Shown here one piece after another: positions 63,732-64,000 of a DNA stretch of 64,000 bases; the stretch's first letter is position 1; every line of letters starts with the position of its first letter. Source of the stretch: Setoptus koraiensis (Eukaryota; Animalia; Arthropoda); NCBI GenBank assembly GCA_048013815.1, contig CM106585.1, positions 5,084,001 to 5,148,000 of the forward strand. The letters are read 5' to 3'. The translations under genes were made by a program, and so were the position numbers. Under the pieces are notes generated by a model. It saw only the letters and a list, made by a program, of their open reading frames with translations. It did not search any database and was not told the DNA's origin.

Positions 63732-64000
63732 AAGCATTATCATATAATCAATTGATTCATAAGTTTCATCATTCTATAGCCGATACCGACATGTTTAGCA
63801 CGCACACACAATATGGAAAGACAGAGGTTTGGCCGCAAATATTTATTTATGCAACAACTTGAATCGCCCAATTCACTCCGAACTATCAGACTTGCTGATA
63901 CTACATATCTAATCCCCATAAGGCTCCCGATCCCTCCTATTCCGTAAAACTGGGCACAGATTCCGATAAACTAGATAGATCTATCCTAGAATTAATCCAG

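Overview
Eukaryotic DNA from a compact arthropod genome, most plausibly a mite. This is inferred from intron-less housekeeping genes, short GT-AG introns with CTAAC/CTAAT branch points, a spaetzle and a Tdc2-type decarboxylase; the species cannot be fixed from sequence alone. Ten protein-coding genes are supported: ferrochelatase (partial, missed by the ORF track), golgin-245 with a spliced GRIP domain, a spaetzle-family cystine-knot ligand, tyrosine decarboxylase with a ~350-aa N-terminal extension, a ~1170-aa disordered orphan with RVxF motifs, ARPC1A, Rheb, a truncated WASHC2/FAM21 with a novel 23-aa repeat, a triple C-type lectin with a mucin tail, and an 82-aa cationic secreted peptide. 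A Tc3-like transposase fragment is bracketed by a 42-bp inverted repeat. The least explained signal is non-coding: a family of diverged, collinear, hairpin-rich modules on both sides of Tdc (A ~9.9-10.9 kb, B ~21.7-24.0 kb, C ~25.9-26.4 kb). A and B keep the same ordered short motifs and end in an identically spaced TTAGTGTCAC-N8-GTAAGT. B and C lie in a ~20-kb stretch with no recognisable gene. No rRNA, tRNA, snRNA or CRISPR array was found. All alignments and splice models were done by eye.
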